A DNA stretch of 64,000 nt from Sedimentisphaerales bacterium (lineage in GTDB: Bacteria > Planctomycetota > Phycisphaerae > Sedimentisphaerales > Anaerobacaceae): assembly GCA_963708075.1 (NCBI GenBank), contig OY970194.1, positions 5,824,001 to 5,888,000 on the forward strand, in the 5' to 3' direction. The position numbers and the translations under genes were made by a program. The notes beneath the pieces are model-generated. The model did not search any database. It saw only the letters and a program-made list of their open reading frames with translations, and was not told where the DNA came from. Positions 21,016 through 30,800 of this stretch are shown piece after piece. Numbering within the stretch: the first letter of the stretch is position 1; each line of letters begins with the position of its first letter.

Positions 21016-21252
21016 TCAGTTCTTCGGCCTTTTGATGGGCCAGGACAAGACGCCGCAACGCTTGGTCCAACTCTCGTACAGGGCCTTCAGCTCGTTCACC
21101 TTTTCCGGACGCCTGGCGGCGATATTGTTCAGCTCGGTCCGGTCGGCGTCCAAGTCGTATAGCTCCCACGGCCCGCCGTCGGCGGCTGCACCATGTGTCC
21201 GCAGGAATTCTCTGCGTGTACAAATGGGACTCATGGGACCTGTAGGACCCAT
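21016..21252 (-). pseudogene. Internally deleted arylsulfatase remnant (Tat signal joined to C-terminal tail)
   Basis: TRREFLR followed within about 10 aa by WELYDLDADRTELNNIAARRPEKVNEL; no CxPxR motif. Confidence 0.7.
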
Positions 21253-21259
21253 GGGACTT
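21224..21259. repeat. 4 x 9-bp tandem array
   Basis: atgggactc atgggacct gtaggaccc atgggactt. Confidence 0.8.
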
Positions 21260-22385
21260 ATCCTTTGTACATCTCGTCGAAATACTTCTGGGCGGCGACG
21301 ACGGCGGCGCGCATCATGTCTTCGGCGGTGGCGGTGTCACGCTGGGCCAGGGCTTTCAGAAGGTCGCGGGCCTTCAATTCCTTGGCCGCCCGCTCGCAGG
21401 CTTCCCAGCTCAGGACACTGCGAATCACGCGATTGATCGCCTGCTCGGCATTGTCGTAGGCTCGGGGCTGCATGTCGTGACCCTTCCAGCGGTCGTACCC
21501 AGCCTGCTGGATCAGGCCGGCGATGGCGATGTTCATGCCGTTGACGCGGGCGCCGTGGTCGATGTCGTACTTGCCGGGGCCACCGAGGATGATGCCGTCG
21601 TTGTAGCCCTGGCTATTGAGGTGCATGTGGACCATCATGCCGTTATCGAGCTCTTCGACGCTGTCATAGACGGCGTCGAGGCCGATCATCTCGGAGTGGC
21701 CGAACTCCTTGTTGACGCCTTTGTTGGCTATGGAGACGCCGAACTCCTCCGCGACTTTCCGCCAGAATACGATGGCACTGGCGACGGTCGGGATGAGCAT
21801 GGCCGGATGTCCCTCGTTCGGCTTGGGCTCGAACGCGATGCGAAGCTGGCCGCCTTTGCCCGCCTCGTACTTGCACAGGCCGGCGACGCTCTCCTTGAGG
21901 TTCTGATACATCTGCCGGATGCCGATAGTCGCGACATCGTAGCCGAAGGAGCCGTTCCAGATGACGAAGGCGGGGGGCTTGTCCGGGTGCCAGGCCTTGC
22001 GCAGCGTGCCGTACGCGAGGTCGACCGTGCGTGTCCCCAGCTCTTCGGCGGCCTTGCGTTCGTTCTTGTCGAGCGAGCTGATGCCGCCGTAGCCGAAATG
22101 AGTGTGCGCGCCGGGCGTGATCATCGCCAAAGAGAGCTTGTTGCTCACGAGGGCATCCGCCACGGCCGCTGCGTTGTTGTCATCAACCTCCGCGTCATAG
22201 TGCAACTCGATGCCGAGCTCGACATTCCTGGGCAGTCGGGGCCGAATGTTTTTGGCCACCAGCTCGATCATCTCCGGCGTGCCGAACCTGCCGCCGGCCC
22301 ATTCCGGCCGGATGTCCGCCGGCACAAATCCGCCCTTACCCGCATTGAACGTCCACCGGCATATGCTATGTAGGGATTTCGCCAT
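21258..22385 (-). CDS. Xylose-isomerase-like TIM-barrel protein
   Basis: FEPKPNE, NKEFGH, HMHLN, DID and GHD metal-ligand motifs; near xylulokinase. Confidence 0.75.
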   Translation of the reverse strand: MAKSLHSICRWTFNAGKGGFVPADIRPEWAGGRFGTPEMIELVAKNIRPRLPRNVELGIELHYDAEVDDNNAAAVADALVSNKLSLAMITPGAHTHFGYGGISSLDKNERKAAEELGTRTVDLAYGTLRKAWHPDKPPAFVIWNGSFGYDVATIGIRQMYQNLKESVAGLCKYEAGKGGQLRIAFEPKPNEGHPAMLIPTVASAIVFWRKVAEEFGVSIANKGVNKEFGHSEMIGLDAVYDSVEELDNGMMVHMHLNSQGYNDGIILGGPGKYDIDHGARVNGMNIAIAGLIQQAGYDRWKGHDMQPRAYDNAEQAINRVIRSVLSWEACERAAKELKARDLLKALAQRDTATAEDMMRAAVVAAQKYFDEMYKG

Positions 22386-22625
22386 CTTGTAACTCCTTAT
22401 CTCTGCTCAATTTGTGACTCTTCCGCGATGCTCAGCAGGCTATTTGCAGCCGGCACGACGCGCACCTATACTAGGCAAGAGTCGATTGAGAGTAAATACC
22501 CGACTTGCCAAGAAACACCCTTGAGGGGCAACTATGTTTTGCGGCAGAACGTGCTCTCACCTTCATCCCGAGCGTAGCCCACTGGTGTGGCGTCGCCGTT
22601 CCTCGGAGTGCCCAAATAACCGCGG

Positions 22626-23711
22626 CTATTGTCCCACCAGAACCTTGATGAATTCCTGGTCGGGCTGGTTGCCTCGGGTGACGATGCCGAAGCCGCCTTT
22701 GTAGTCCCAGTTGGCCCAGGCGATGTTGTGTTTTTCCAGGTTGGCCCGCATGTCGCGATACCACTGCATCCTCGCCTCTCGCGGCGTGGTGGGCAGGGCG
22801 CCCCACTCGCCGCAATACAGCGGCAGGTCGAGCTTCTTCGACAGGGCCAGGGGCTTGGCCAGGAGGCTTTCGAGCTTCTCGCGGTTGAAGAAGCCGTTGT
22901 TGTTCCTGGCAAGCCGGGCCATATCCTCGCTGAGGTCTTTGATTTCGTTCGGGTCCACGATCCAGCCGGGGTAATGGACCGGCCCGGTGTACTTGCCTAT
23001 GTCCGTCCAGCCGGCCTTGTAGTGCGTGATCAGCATGGGGGTGTAGAAGTGGAAGCTCAGGATGATGTCCCTGTCGCCGGGGGGGATGCGGAGCTGATCG
23101 AACGTGTCCACGGTTTGCCATTTGTTCGAGCCGATCACAATCTTTCGGTGCGGCTCGTCCCGGCGGATCTGGCGCACCAGGGTCTCGACCAGCTTGTTCC
23201 ACTGCTCCGCGTCATCGGCGACCGGCTCGTTCATCAGCTCGTACGCCACGAGGGAGACCGGGTACTTCTTCAACTCGGCCGAAAGGTCCCGCCACAACGA
23301 GAAGAACTTCTCCTGTGCCTTTGGATCGGTCCACAGGGGCTTGACCGCCTCATTGAAATGGTGCGAGCGGAGGATGTGCAGATCGACGATCACCCGCAGG
23401 TTCTTCTTTTGGCACCATTCGATGGCGCTATGGAGCAGTTTGAACGCCTCCGGCTCCTTGTTGCCGGCCTCGTCCCAGAGCTGTTCTTCGTCAACGGGCA
23501 GCCGGATATGGTCGAAACCCAGCGATGCAATGAACTCGACATCCTTCTCCGCGAAGAATCGTGCTCTCTCCTCGCCGCGTCTGTCGCTCTGCGAGAGCCA
23601 GTGACTGATATTGGTCCCCCGGCGAATCGCAAACACCCCATCCTTCTCCACCGCCCCGGCAGACAAGGCAAGTGATAGTACGACAACGATCATCACCACA
23701 TACTTCGGCAT
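22626..23711 (-). CDS. GH5 glycoside hydrolase (cellulase family)
   Basis: RRGTNISHWLSQ, HIRLPVD, YELMNEP, HFY, YCGEWG, WDY; signal peptide. Confidence 0.92.
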   Translation of the reverse strand: MPKYVVMIVVVLSLALSAGAVEKDGVFAIRRGTNISHWLSQSDRRGEERARFFAEKDVEFIASLGFDHIRLPVDEEQLWDEAGNKEPEAFKLLHSAIEWCQKKNLRVIVDLHILRSHHFNEAVKPLWTDPKAQEKFFSLWRDLSAELKKYPVSLVAYELMNEPVADDAEQWNKLVETLVRQIRRDEPHRKIVIGSNKWQTVDTFDQLRIPPGDRDIILSFHFYTPMLITHYKAGWTDIGKYTGPVHYPGWIVDPNEIKDLSEDMARLARNNNGFFNREKLESLLAKPLALSKKLDLPLYCGEWGALPTTPREARMQWYRDMRANLEKHNIAWANWDYKGGFGIVTRGNQPDQEFIKVLVGQ

Positions 23712-23725
23712 GCTATGCTCCTCGC

Positions 23726-25213
23726 TCAAAGCTGCTTGTTCAGCACGGCTTCCCAGGTCTCATAGGCGGCCTGGTAGGCCTTTTTCAGTTGTTTATTAGG
23801 TTCGACGGTTCTCACAGGCTCGAGGCCGATGAAGGCGTCTTCGGGGCTCTTGTAGATGCCGGCGCCGATGCCGGCGCCTCGGGCGGCGCCTTGCGAGCCG
23901 TCGGTGTTATACAGCTCGACGGTTGCGCCGCTGATCGTGGCGAAGGCCTCGGCGAACAGCGGACTGAGGAACATGTTGGCGTTGCCGGCCTTGACGGTCT
24001 TGAGTCTCGTGCCCATGTCGCGCATGATCTGCAGGCCGTAGTTGAGGGCGAAGACGATCCCCTCCTGGGCCGCCCGCAGGAAGTGGGCCTTCTTGTGGAT
24101 ATTGAAGTTCCAGCCGTGGACGGAGGCGCCGATGTTACGATTCTCCAGCGTGCGCTCCGCGCCGTTGCCGTAGGGCAGGATGAGGAGTCCCTCGGAGCCG
24201 ACGGGCACCTGGGCAGCCAGATCATTCATCTGCGGATAGTCGAGCCCGTCGCCGGCGAAGTTGTGTTTGAGCCAGCTATTGAGGATGCCGGTGCCGTTGA
24301 GGCACAGGAGCACGCCGTAACGGGGCTTGCTCACGGAGTGATTCACGTGGACGAAGATGTTGACGCGGGATTTCGGGTCGTAGTTCTTCTTGTCGGTGAC
24401 GCCATAGACGACACCGGAGGTGCCCGCGGTGACGGCGATCTCGCCCGGCTTGAGCACGCTCAGCGACAGCGCATTGTTCGGCTGGTCGCCGCCACGATAG
24501 CTGACCGGCGTGCCCGCTTTGAGCCCGAGCTCGCCCGCGGCCTCGCTCGTCAGCTCGCCCTGCACGGAGAACGTCGGGACCGCCTCGGCGACAAGATTCG
24601 TCGAAATGCCGTAATGGTCGAGGACGAAATCGGCGAGCCGGTCGTTCTCGAAGTCCCACATGATGCCCTCGGACAGGCCCGAGGGGGTCGTCTTGATCTG
24701 GCCCGTCATCTTCATCGCGATGAAATCGCCGGGCAGCATCATCTTATGGATCTTGGAGTAGGTCTTCGGCTCGTTGTCCTTGACCCACTTGAGCTTGGAG
24801 GCGGTGAAGTTGCCGGGCAGGTTGAGCAGGCGCTTGAGGCATTTCGGGACGCCAATCTCTTTGGCCGCCTGCTGGCCGATCTGCACGGCCCGGCTGTCGC
24901 ACCAAATGATCGCGGGACGCAGCACCTCTTTGTTCTTATCGACCACGACCAGCCCGTGCATCTGATAGGAGATGCCGACGGCCTTGACGTCGCCGGGGTC
25001 GAACCGGACCTTGTCCCTGATCTTCTGCGTCGCGAGCAGAACGTGCTCCCACCACGTGGCGGGATGCTGCTCCGCCCAGCCGGGTTTCCTCGCGATCATC
25101 TCCAGTTCTTTATCCGGCGAGGTCGCCGCGGCCAATGCCTTGCCTGTCCCGGCGTCCATCAGCGTGGCCTTGATCGATGAACTCCCGACGTCGTATCCCA
25201 GCAGTAGCGTCAT
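23726..25213 (-). CDS. xylB: Xylulokinase (FGGY family)
   Basis: LGYDVGSSSIK, GWAEQ, YQMHG, IIWCDSR, GDQPNNA, GNGAER. Confidence 0.85.
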   Translation of the reverse strand: MTLLLGYDVGSSSIKATLMDAGTGKALAAATSPDKELEMIARKPGWAEQHPATWWEHVLLATQKIRDKVRFDPGDVKAVGISYQMHGLVVVDKNKEVLRPAIIWCDSRAVQIGQQAAKEIGVPKCLKRLLNLPGNFTASKLKWVKDNEPKTYSKIHKMMLPGDFIAMKMTGQIKTTPSGLSEGIMWDFENDRLADFVLDHYGISTNLVAEAVPTFSVQGELTSEAAGELGLKAGTPVSYRGGDQPNNALSLSVLKPGEIAVTAGTSGVVYGVTDKKNYDPKSRVNIFVHVNHSVSKPRYGVLLCLNGTGILNSWLKHNFAGDGLDYPQMNDLAAQVPVGSEGLLILPYGNGAERTLENRNIGASVHGWNFNIHKKAHFLRAAQEGIVFALNYGLQIMRDMGTRLKTVKAGNANMFLSPLFAEAFATISGATVELYNTDGSQGAARGAGIGAGIYKSPEDAFIGLEPVRTVEPNKQLKKAYQAAYETWEAVLNKQL

Positions 25214-25262
25214 TTCGTGCACCCCTTCACCTTCGCAGGTTACATGTGTCTTCCGGTCAGCC

Positions 25263-25289
25263 GTAGGGTGGGTTAAGAACCCACCCTAC
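25263..25289. repeat. GTAG-class REP singlet
   Basis: GTAGGGTGGGTTAAGAACCCACCCTAC. Confidence 0.8.
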
Positions 25290-25337
25290 ATGCGGAGTAT
25301 CAGCCTCTGGACGATCTCTGTCAAGTTTGCGGTAAGC

Positions 25338-26789
25338 TCACTCGCGGTCCCATTTGAGGATCCACGGGTCTTTCGTCTGCTTCTGGAAGGCCTTGAGCTT
25401 GGCTTGCAGTCGTTCGAGCTCGCCTTTGTACTGCGGATCATCCGCAAGGTTCTTCACCTCGTGCGGGTCGATCTGCAGGTCGTACAACTCGAACCTCGGC
25501 CGGTGCAGATAGGCCTCGACCGTACGTTTGCCGTAGCGCTCGGCCTTATGGCGGATGGTCGCCTGCCAGGTGGCGGATTCCCACAGGTCGCTGGCGAACG
25601 GGTACTCCAGGCCGTGCGCGATGTTCCAGATCAGCTTGAATCGCCGCTCGCGCACCACGCGCATCGGGTAGTACATCGTGACTTCGTGGAATGTGTGCGA
25701 GGCGTAGACCGTGTCCCAATCCTCCACATGCTCGCGTTCGAGCAGCGATCTGAACGAGCGGCCGTGGAATTCATAGTTGCGCGGCACCGCGCCGGCGAAG
25801 TCGAGAATCGTTGGCGTCAGGTCGGCCCAGTTCACCATCGCGTCGCACGTGATGCCCTTCTTGCTCTGCCAGGGCGTGCGAACGATGCACGGCAGGTTGA
25901 TGCCGGGCTCGTATGTGGTCGTCTTGGCGCCGGGGAATGGGATGCCGTTATCGGAGATGTAGATGACGACGGTATTGTCGTACTTGCCGGCCTTTATCAG
26001 GTGCTCGATCAGCCGGCCCACCCCCTGGTCCACGCGCGAGACGGCCTGATAGTACTGGGCCAGCTCGGCCCGGCACTCAGGAGTATCCGGCAGGAAATCC
26101 GGCACGACAACATTCTTCGGGTCGTACGTGACTTCCTCGACCCCAGGATAGGGCTTTTCGCGATTGCCGAATCGGTCCGGCTGATGGGGTAGATCGGTCG
26201 CCTTGCCTCCGCCGCGATGCGGGTCGGTCGTGCAGAAGTATAGAAAGAACGGGCGATTATCCTCGGTCGCGATGAACTGCCGGCAGTTGTCGGCCATCAG
26301 CACACCATTGCGCTCATTGCCGGGGAGCTGAACGTCGAACTTGTAGGCCGCCTCCGGGGCGACGTGGTATTTGCCGATCCTTGCAGTCCGGTACCCGCCC
26401 TGGCTCAGCAGCACGGGCAGGCCCCGGATGTTGTCGAAGCTGGCGAAGTGATGAGAGGCGTGCTGAAGCCCGTACATGCCGTTGGCATGATTGTAGAGCC
26501 CGCTGAGGATCACGGACCGACTCGGGCTGCAACTGGCCGTCGTGCAGAATGCGTTCGTGAACCGCGTGCCCTCCGCTGCCAGCTTGTCGATGTTCGGTGT
26601 CTTGATGACAGCGTGACCGTAGCATCCCAGGTCACCTCGCCCATGATCGTCCCCGACAATGAGCACGATGTTCGGCCGTCTCTTCTCCGCCGCTACGCTT
26701 TCGCCTGCCACCGCAGAGGCAGCAAACGCTGAAGCACCCACGGCGACGCTTCTTACGAATTCTCTTCGAGTCATGCTCGGATTCGTCAT
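25338..26789 (-). CDS. Tat-exported sulfatase (N-sulfoglucosamine sulfohydrolase-like)
   Basis: TRREFV Tat motif, PNIVLIVGDD, CSPSR formylglycine motif, GKYH, SDNG, ELYDL. Confidence 0.92.
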   Translation of the reverse strand: MTNPSMTRREFVRSVAVGASAFAASAVAGESVAAEKRRPNIVLIVGDDHGRGDLGCYGHAVIKTPNIDKLAAEGTRFTNAFCTTASCSPSRSVILSGLYNHANGMYGLQHASHHFASFDNIRGLPVLLSQGGYRTARIGKYHVAPEAAYKFDVQLPGNERNGVLMADNCRQFIATEDNRPFFLYFCTTDPHRGGGKATDLPHQPDRFGNREKPYPGVEEVTYDPKNVVVPDFLPDTPECRAELAQYYQAVSRVDQGVGRLIEHLIKAGKYDNTVVIYISDNGIPFPGAKTTTYEPGINLPCIVRTPWQSKKGITCDAMVNWADLTPTILDFAGAVPRNYEFHGRSFRSLLEREHVEDWDTVYASHTFHEVTMYYPMRVVRERRFKLIWNIAHGLEYPFASDLWESATWQATIRHKAERYGKRTVEAYLHRPRFELYDLQIDPHEVKNLADDPQYKGELERLQAKLKAFQKQTKDPWILKWDRE

Positions 26790-26816
26790 ATTATGCCTCC
26801 AGTTTCTCTTTCCCTG

Positions 26817-27764
26817 TCATGGATAGGCGACTTCGGGTCTCAGTATATCCGGGAAGATGAGTAGATTTGCCAGTGATTTGGCAAAGCCATCCAAGCCGGG
26901 AAACAGTGTTGCCCTGGTTATGTTCATCCTGTGGAGGTGCCGAAGGACTGTCCTCCGCTCTCGTGCCGTAAGCCCTATCTTCAGCTTAACGAACTTGTCG
27001 GGATTAGAACGGCCTCTCAAAAGGGAATGCAAGTTGTCCATAAACGGTACTGAGATATCTCCGGGGCACAAGAATACCCCCTGTTGGATGATGAGCCGCT
27101 GATTGAGCCTGTAGGCATTTATGACCTCGACCCTCGGCATCGCCAGTTCCCAAAAGAAACGCTCGAAGAACTCCTCCTGTCCTGCCCTTGTTGTCGCCTT
27201 AGTAAGGTGGTCATAGTCCTTTCCTGTTATGGCATCAAACAGACTGCCATTCATGTTGCTCAGCCAACGGCTATCGATGGCCCACAGCGCACATTCCCGG
27301 TCAGCATCCTCAATGGCAAAATAAAGCGCTACGAAGAACGAGTATGTGAAATCGAGAAGGCGTGTCGGCGCTCCGTGATGCTGCATTAGGGTAAGCCATT
27401 CAAGCGTGTTCCCGTCGGGTGGAACGTCCTGCAAATGATGATGGCACTTGCGTTTGAAGTCCCTGAGAAGGCCCTTCTCTATCTCACTGAGCGCTCGCTT
27501 CTCATCATCCCCCACTTTCTCCTCGGAGATCTTGCGATATTGCTCGGTGAGTTTTTCTTCTTTCTCCTCCCCTGTGGCATCGATGGTTTCCCCGAAATAG
27601 CGTATGAAGGCGCGCTCCAGAGTTGTCCGCAGATGCCAATTCGTATCCGCATGACCTTTGAATATCCACTGCTTATGGCCTTCAGAAAACCGGTCCGCGT
27701 AATACCTATAAAGGTCGTCCCATGTGGCGAAATCCTTTGTCCCATAGAGCGGTTCTACTGCCAT
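26817..27764 (-). CDS. FRG-domain protein
   Basis: WIFKGH, MQHHGAPTRLLDFT..VALYFA, RLIIQQGVF, ATLFPGLDG; visibly more AT-rich than flanks. Confidence 0.85.
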   Translation of the reverse strand: MAVEPLYGTKDFATWDDLYRYYADRFSEGHKQWIFKGHADTNWHLRTTLERAFIRYFGETIDATGEEKEEKLTEQYRKISEEKVGDDEKRALSEIEKGLLRDFKRKCHHHLQDVPPDGNTLEWLTLMQHHGAPTRLLDFTYSFFVALYFAIEDADRECALWAIDSRWLSNMNGSLFDAITGKDYDHLTKATTRAGQEEFFERFFWELAMPRVEVINAYRLNQRLIIQQGVFLCPGDISVPFMDNLHSLLRGRSNPDKFVKLKIGLTARERRTVLRHLHRMNITRATLFPGLDGFAKSLANLLIFPDILRPEVAYP

Positions 27765-27800
27765 GAGTTCACTCCCGCAGAAATGGCTTTGTGTTCAATG

Positions 27801-30800
27801 CTATCTCTGCTCGCGTACTTCGACCAGGCCCACGTCGATGTACTGGCCGCCGCCGGTCTGGCGGCAGTGGACGGCGATTAGGTTCTTGCCCGGCTTGAGG
27901 GCGGCTTTGGCGGCTCCGTTCACGGGCAAAGGCTCGTAACCTGTCGTGTAGCCGTTTGCAGTCGCGGCCTGCACGCCGTTGATGTAGATTTCCACGTCCT
28001 CGTCGTGATGCACGTTCAGGCCGATGTTGTCCCACTTGCCCTCGGGCAGCGTGAACTCGCGCCGCAGCCAGATACTCCGCGTGTTCCACACGGTGTTCAC
28101 GATCGCGCCGGGCGTGCCTTCCGTGCCGAAGCCGTTCTTGCCTTCCTTCCACGCGCCGGCGTCGAACTCGGGCTTGAACCAGCCGTCGCCAGGCCTTTGC
28201 GTGGTGTACCGCCATGTGACGGGCTCATCCTGGGCTGTGGGCGCGACCGTCACGAGGACGGGGGGTTTGGGCATGGGGGCCCAGTTGGCAGCCTTCGTCT
28301 TATCGCGGCCGGCGTACTTCTTCCAGACGGCCTTGTCGTAGAGCATCTGGAGGAACACGCCGCCGACGACCGGCCGGGCGGTGAAGCCCCGCTTGCGGGC
28401 GTTGTTCGTGAAGTACCAGTCCGTCATCGGCGAGCGGTCGGGCGTCTCATTCAGGAACAGGTACACCGGATCGACGATCGCCTCGAAGTCCGCCCGATTC
28501 TGCGTCAGTGTCGCGGTCCAGAGAATCCAGTCGAGCTTGGTGTACAGCGAGCGATTGTCCAGCGGCAGGCCGTACTTATTCTGGGTCCTGCGGTAGAAAT
28601 CCATCTCCTTGCGGGCGACCTCGGGCGGAAAGAGGTTCAGGCCGAGAATCCGGTCCCAGACCAGGTTATATTTCTGGCTCCAGGTGCCGGATTTGTCGAA
28701 CGCCAGGCGGAAGTGGTCGGCGTCATCGGCCTCCTTGACCCAGCGAGCCGCGAACTCCTTCGCGATTTTGGAATACTCCGCGGCCTTGGCTTTGTCGCCT
28801 CGCATGTCACAGAGCTTGGCAAATGCGCCGAGGCCGCAGATCGCTTTGACGCTGAGGTTCACGTTGTGCGCGAGGTGGCCCGCGAAATCATCGGTGCAAA
28901 GCTGGTTCTCCGGATCGAAGCCCTTGGCCTTGAGGTACTCGGCCCACTGCTCCAGCCGCGGCCAGTACAGGCCTGCGAAATCAGCATTGCCTTCCATCTG
29001 CGCGACAGCGGCCATGAGGATCAGCAGATTGCCCGACTCCTCGACGGGCATCTGGTTTTCCTCCGTTCGCTCGCCGCCGCCGTAGCGCTGGCCGTTGGCG
29101 TGCGGGTACTGGCCGAGGTCATGCGGGGCGAAGGGGAACTTCCATCGCTCGGACACGGCATAGTTCATGAACGGCACCAGGAATGACTTGGCCACCGACG
29201 GGCCGAACAGCAGGAACTGTGGAGCCATCGGGTAGAACACATCGGAGGTCCCGATGCAGCCATTGGAGTGGTTCTCCTTGCAGAACGAGATCGGCTGCCC
29301 GTTGCCGTCGGCGACGAACTTACCCGCCGCGAAGCACTGCCGGTACGCCAAGGCCGACAGCTTTGCATACTTCTCTCCGCCCGCCTTCGTGAGATCCGCC
29401 ATCAACTCCTGATCGAATGCCGCACATCGCTTCTTCAGTGACTTGTAGTCTTTGGCAGCCGCCTTGAGCAGGTCGGCGGCTTCCCAGCCGTTGCGCCGCC
29501 AGTACGGCCGCAGGTTCTTCTGCATGTACTGAATCGAGTAGAGATCGTCATAGGCGAGCATCAGCCAGCGGGTCACGGGCTTTTTCGATACCTTATCAAC
29601 CTGCAAAGCGACTGCGGCACAGAGCCCATCGGCGGTCGTCGGGGCTTCGAGGGAGCCCGTGACAGATCGCAGCCCATTCGTAGCGAATCCATCTTGAACC
29701 ATTCCCCGGCCCGCGAAGAAGCGGGACGATACAGCGGACGTCGGAGCGGCGATGTAGAGATAGCCCCAGTCGATCCGGATGTCGTCGCCCCGCTTGGCGA
29801 GGATCGGCTGGTCCTTCGAGCCGATCTTGCTGGCCACCAGATCGTCCATCCCTTCGGTGGACCACGTTACCTCCTGATTTCCCGTATTGACGGCGATCTC
29901 GCCCGAGGCGTCGAGATAGACTTGGACCTCGTGCGTCTTGCCATCCGTAGAGCGGGACTCGTAGGTGAGGTAGGTCACGGGCCGGGATAGCACGTCGATG
30001 TCGTCCGGCAGGGCGGGGGTCATGAAGGTCAGCGTCAGGGTGATGCCAGCGCCCTCGAAGGTGTAGATCGTCCGGGTCGGCAGGACGGTGAGGCTGGTTT
30101 GCTTCATGGGCGGGACATTGCCTGGGTTGGCCCCCATGACGCGGTAGGGCTTGCCGTCGATGCGGACCATGCTGGTCAGGCGGTGGGGTTTGCCGGTCCA
30201 ATGGACGGTGTCCTCGTCGGCCAGCTTGTCCGCCGGGGACCAGATGCTGAAGTAGGGATCGACCGCGACCAGCGGCGTGGCGGGGGGGATGAGTCTGTCA
30301 CCTTCGGCCCGGCGGGGCTGCGGCGGTGTATAGAGGCCCTTGTTCGCGGCGGCCACGCGCTCGGCGTCCATTTTAATGATCGCCCGGTCGTAGGTCATCA
30401 AGCCGTTGACTTCGACCTCCACGTCGGTCGTCTGCGTGTACACGGCGGCGCTGAGGCCCGGCTGACCGGTCATCGGAAGGAGTCTGCGGATCAGGGTCAG
30501 GTAGGCGTCGGTCAGCTCTTCGGCGGTCTTGTAGCTTCGATAGCCCCAGTTCTTCTCGGCCTGCCAGGTGTGCCCGGGCAGCGGCAGGCCCAGGCCGCCG
30601 AACTCGCCGAGGACGACCGCACGTTTCTCCTCGATGCGGGGCACCGCCGGGCCTGGGTACTGATGAATATCCATCACGTCGCCGACGCCGCGGTCGGTCC
30701 AGCCGCTGGCGTTGTTCACCAGGCGGGTCGGGTCGAGCTTGCGGATCATGTCCACGACTCGCGGCGTGTCGAACTGGCCCCAGCCCTCATTGAACGGGAC

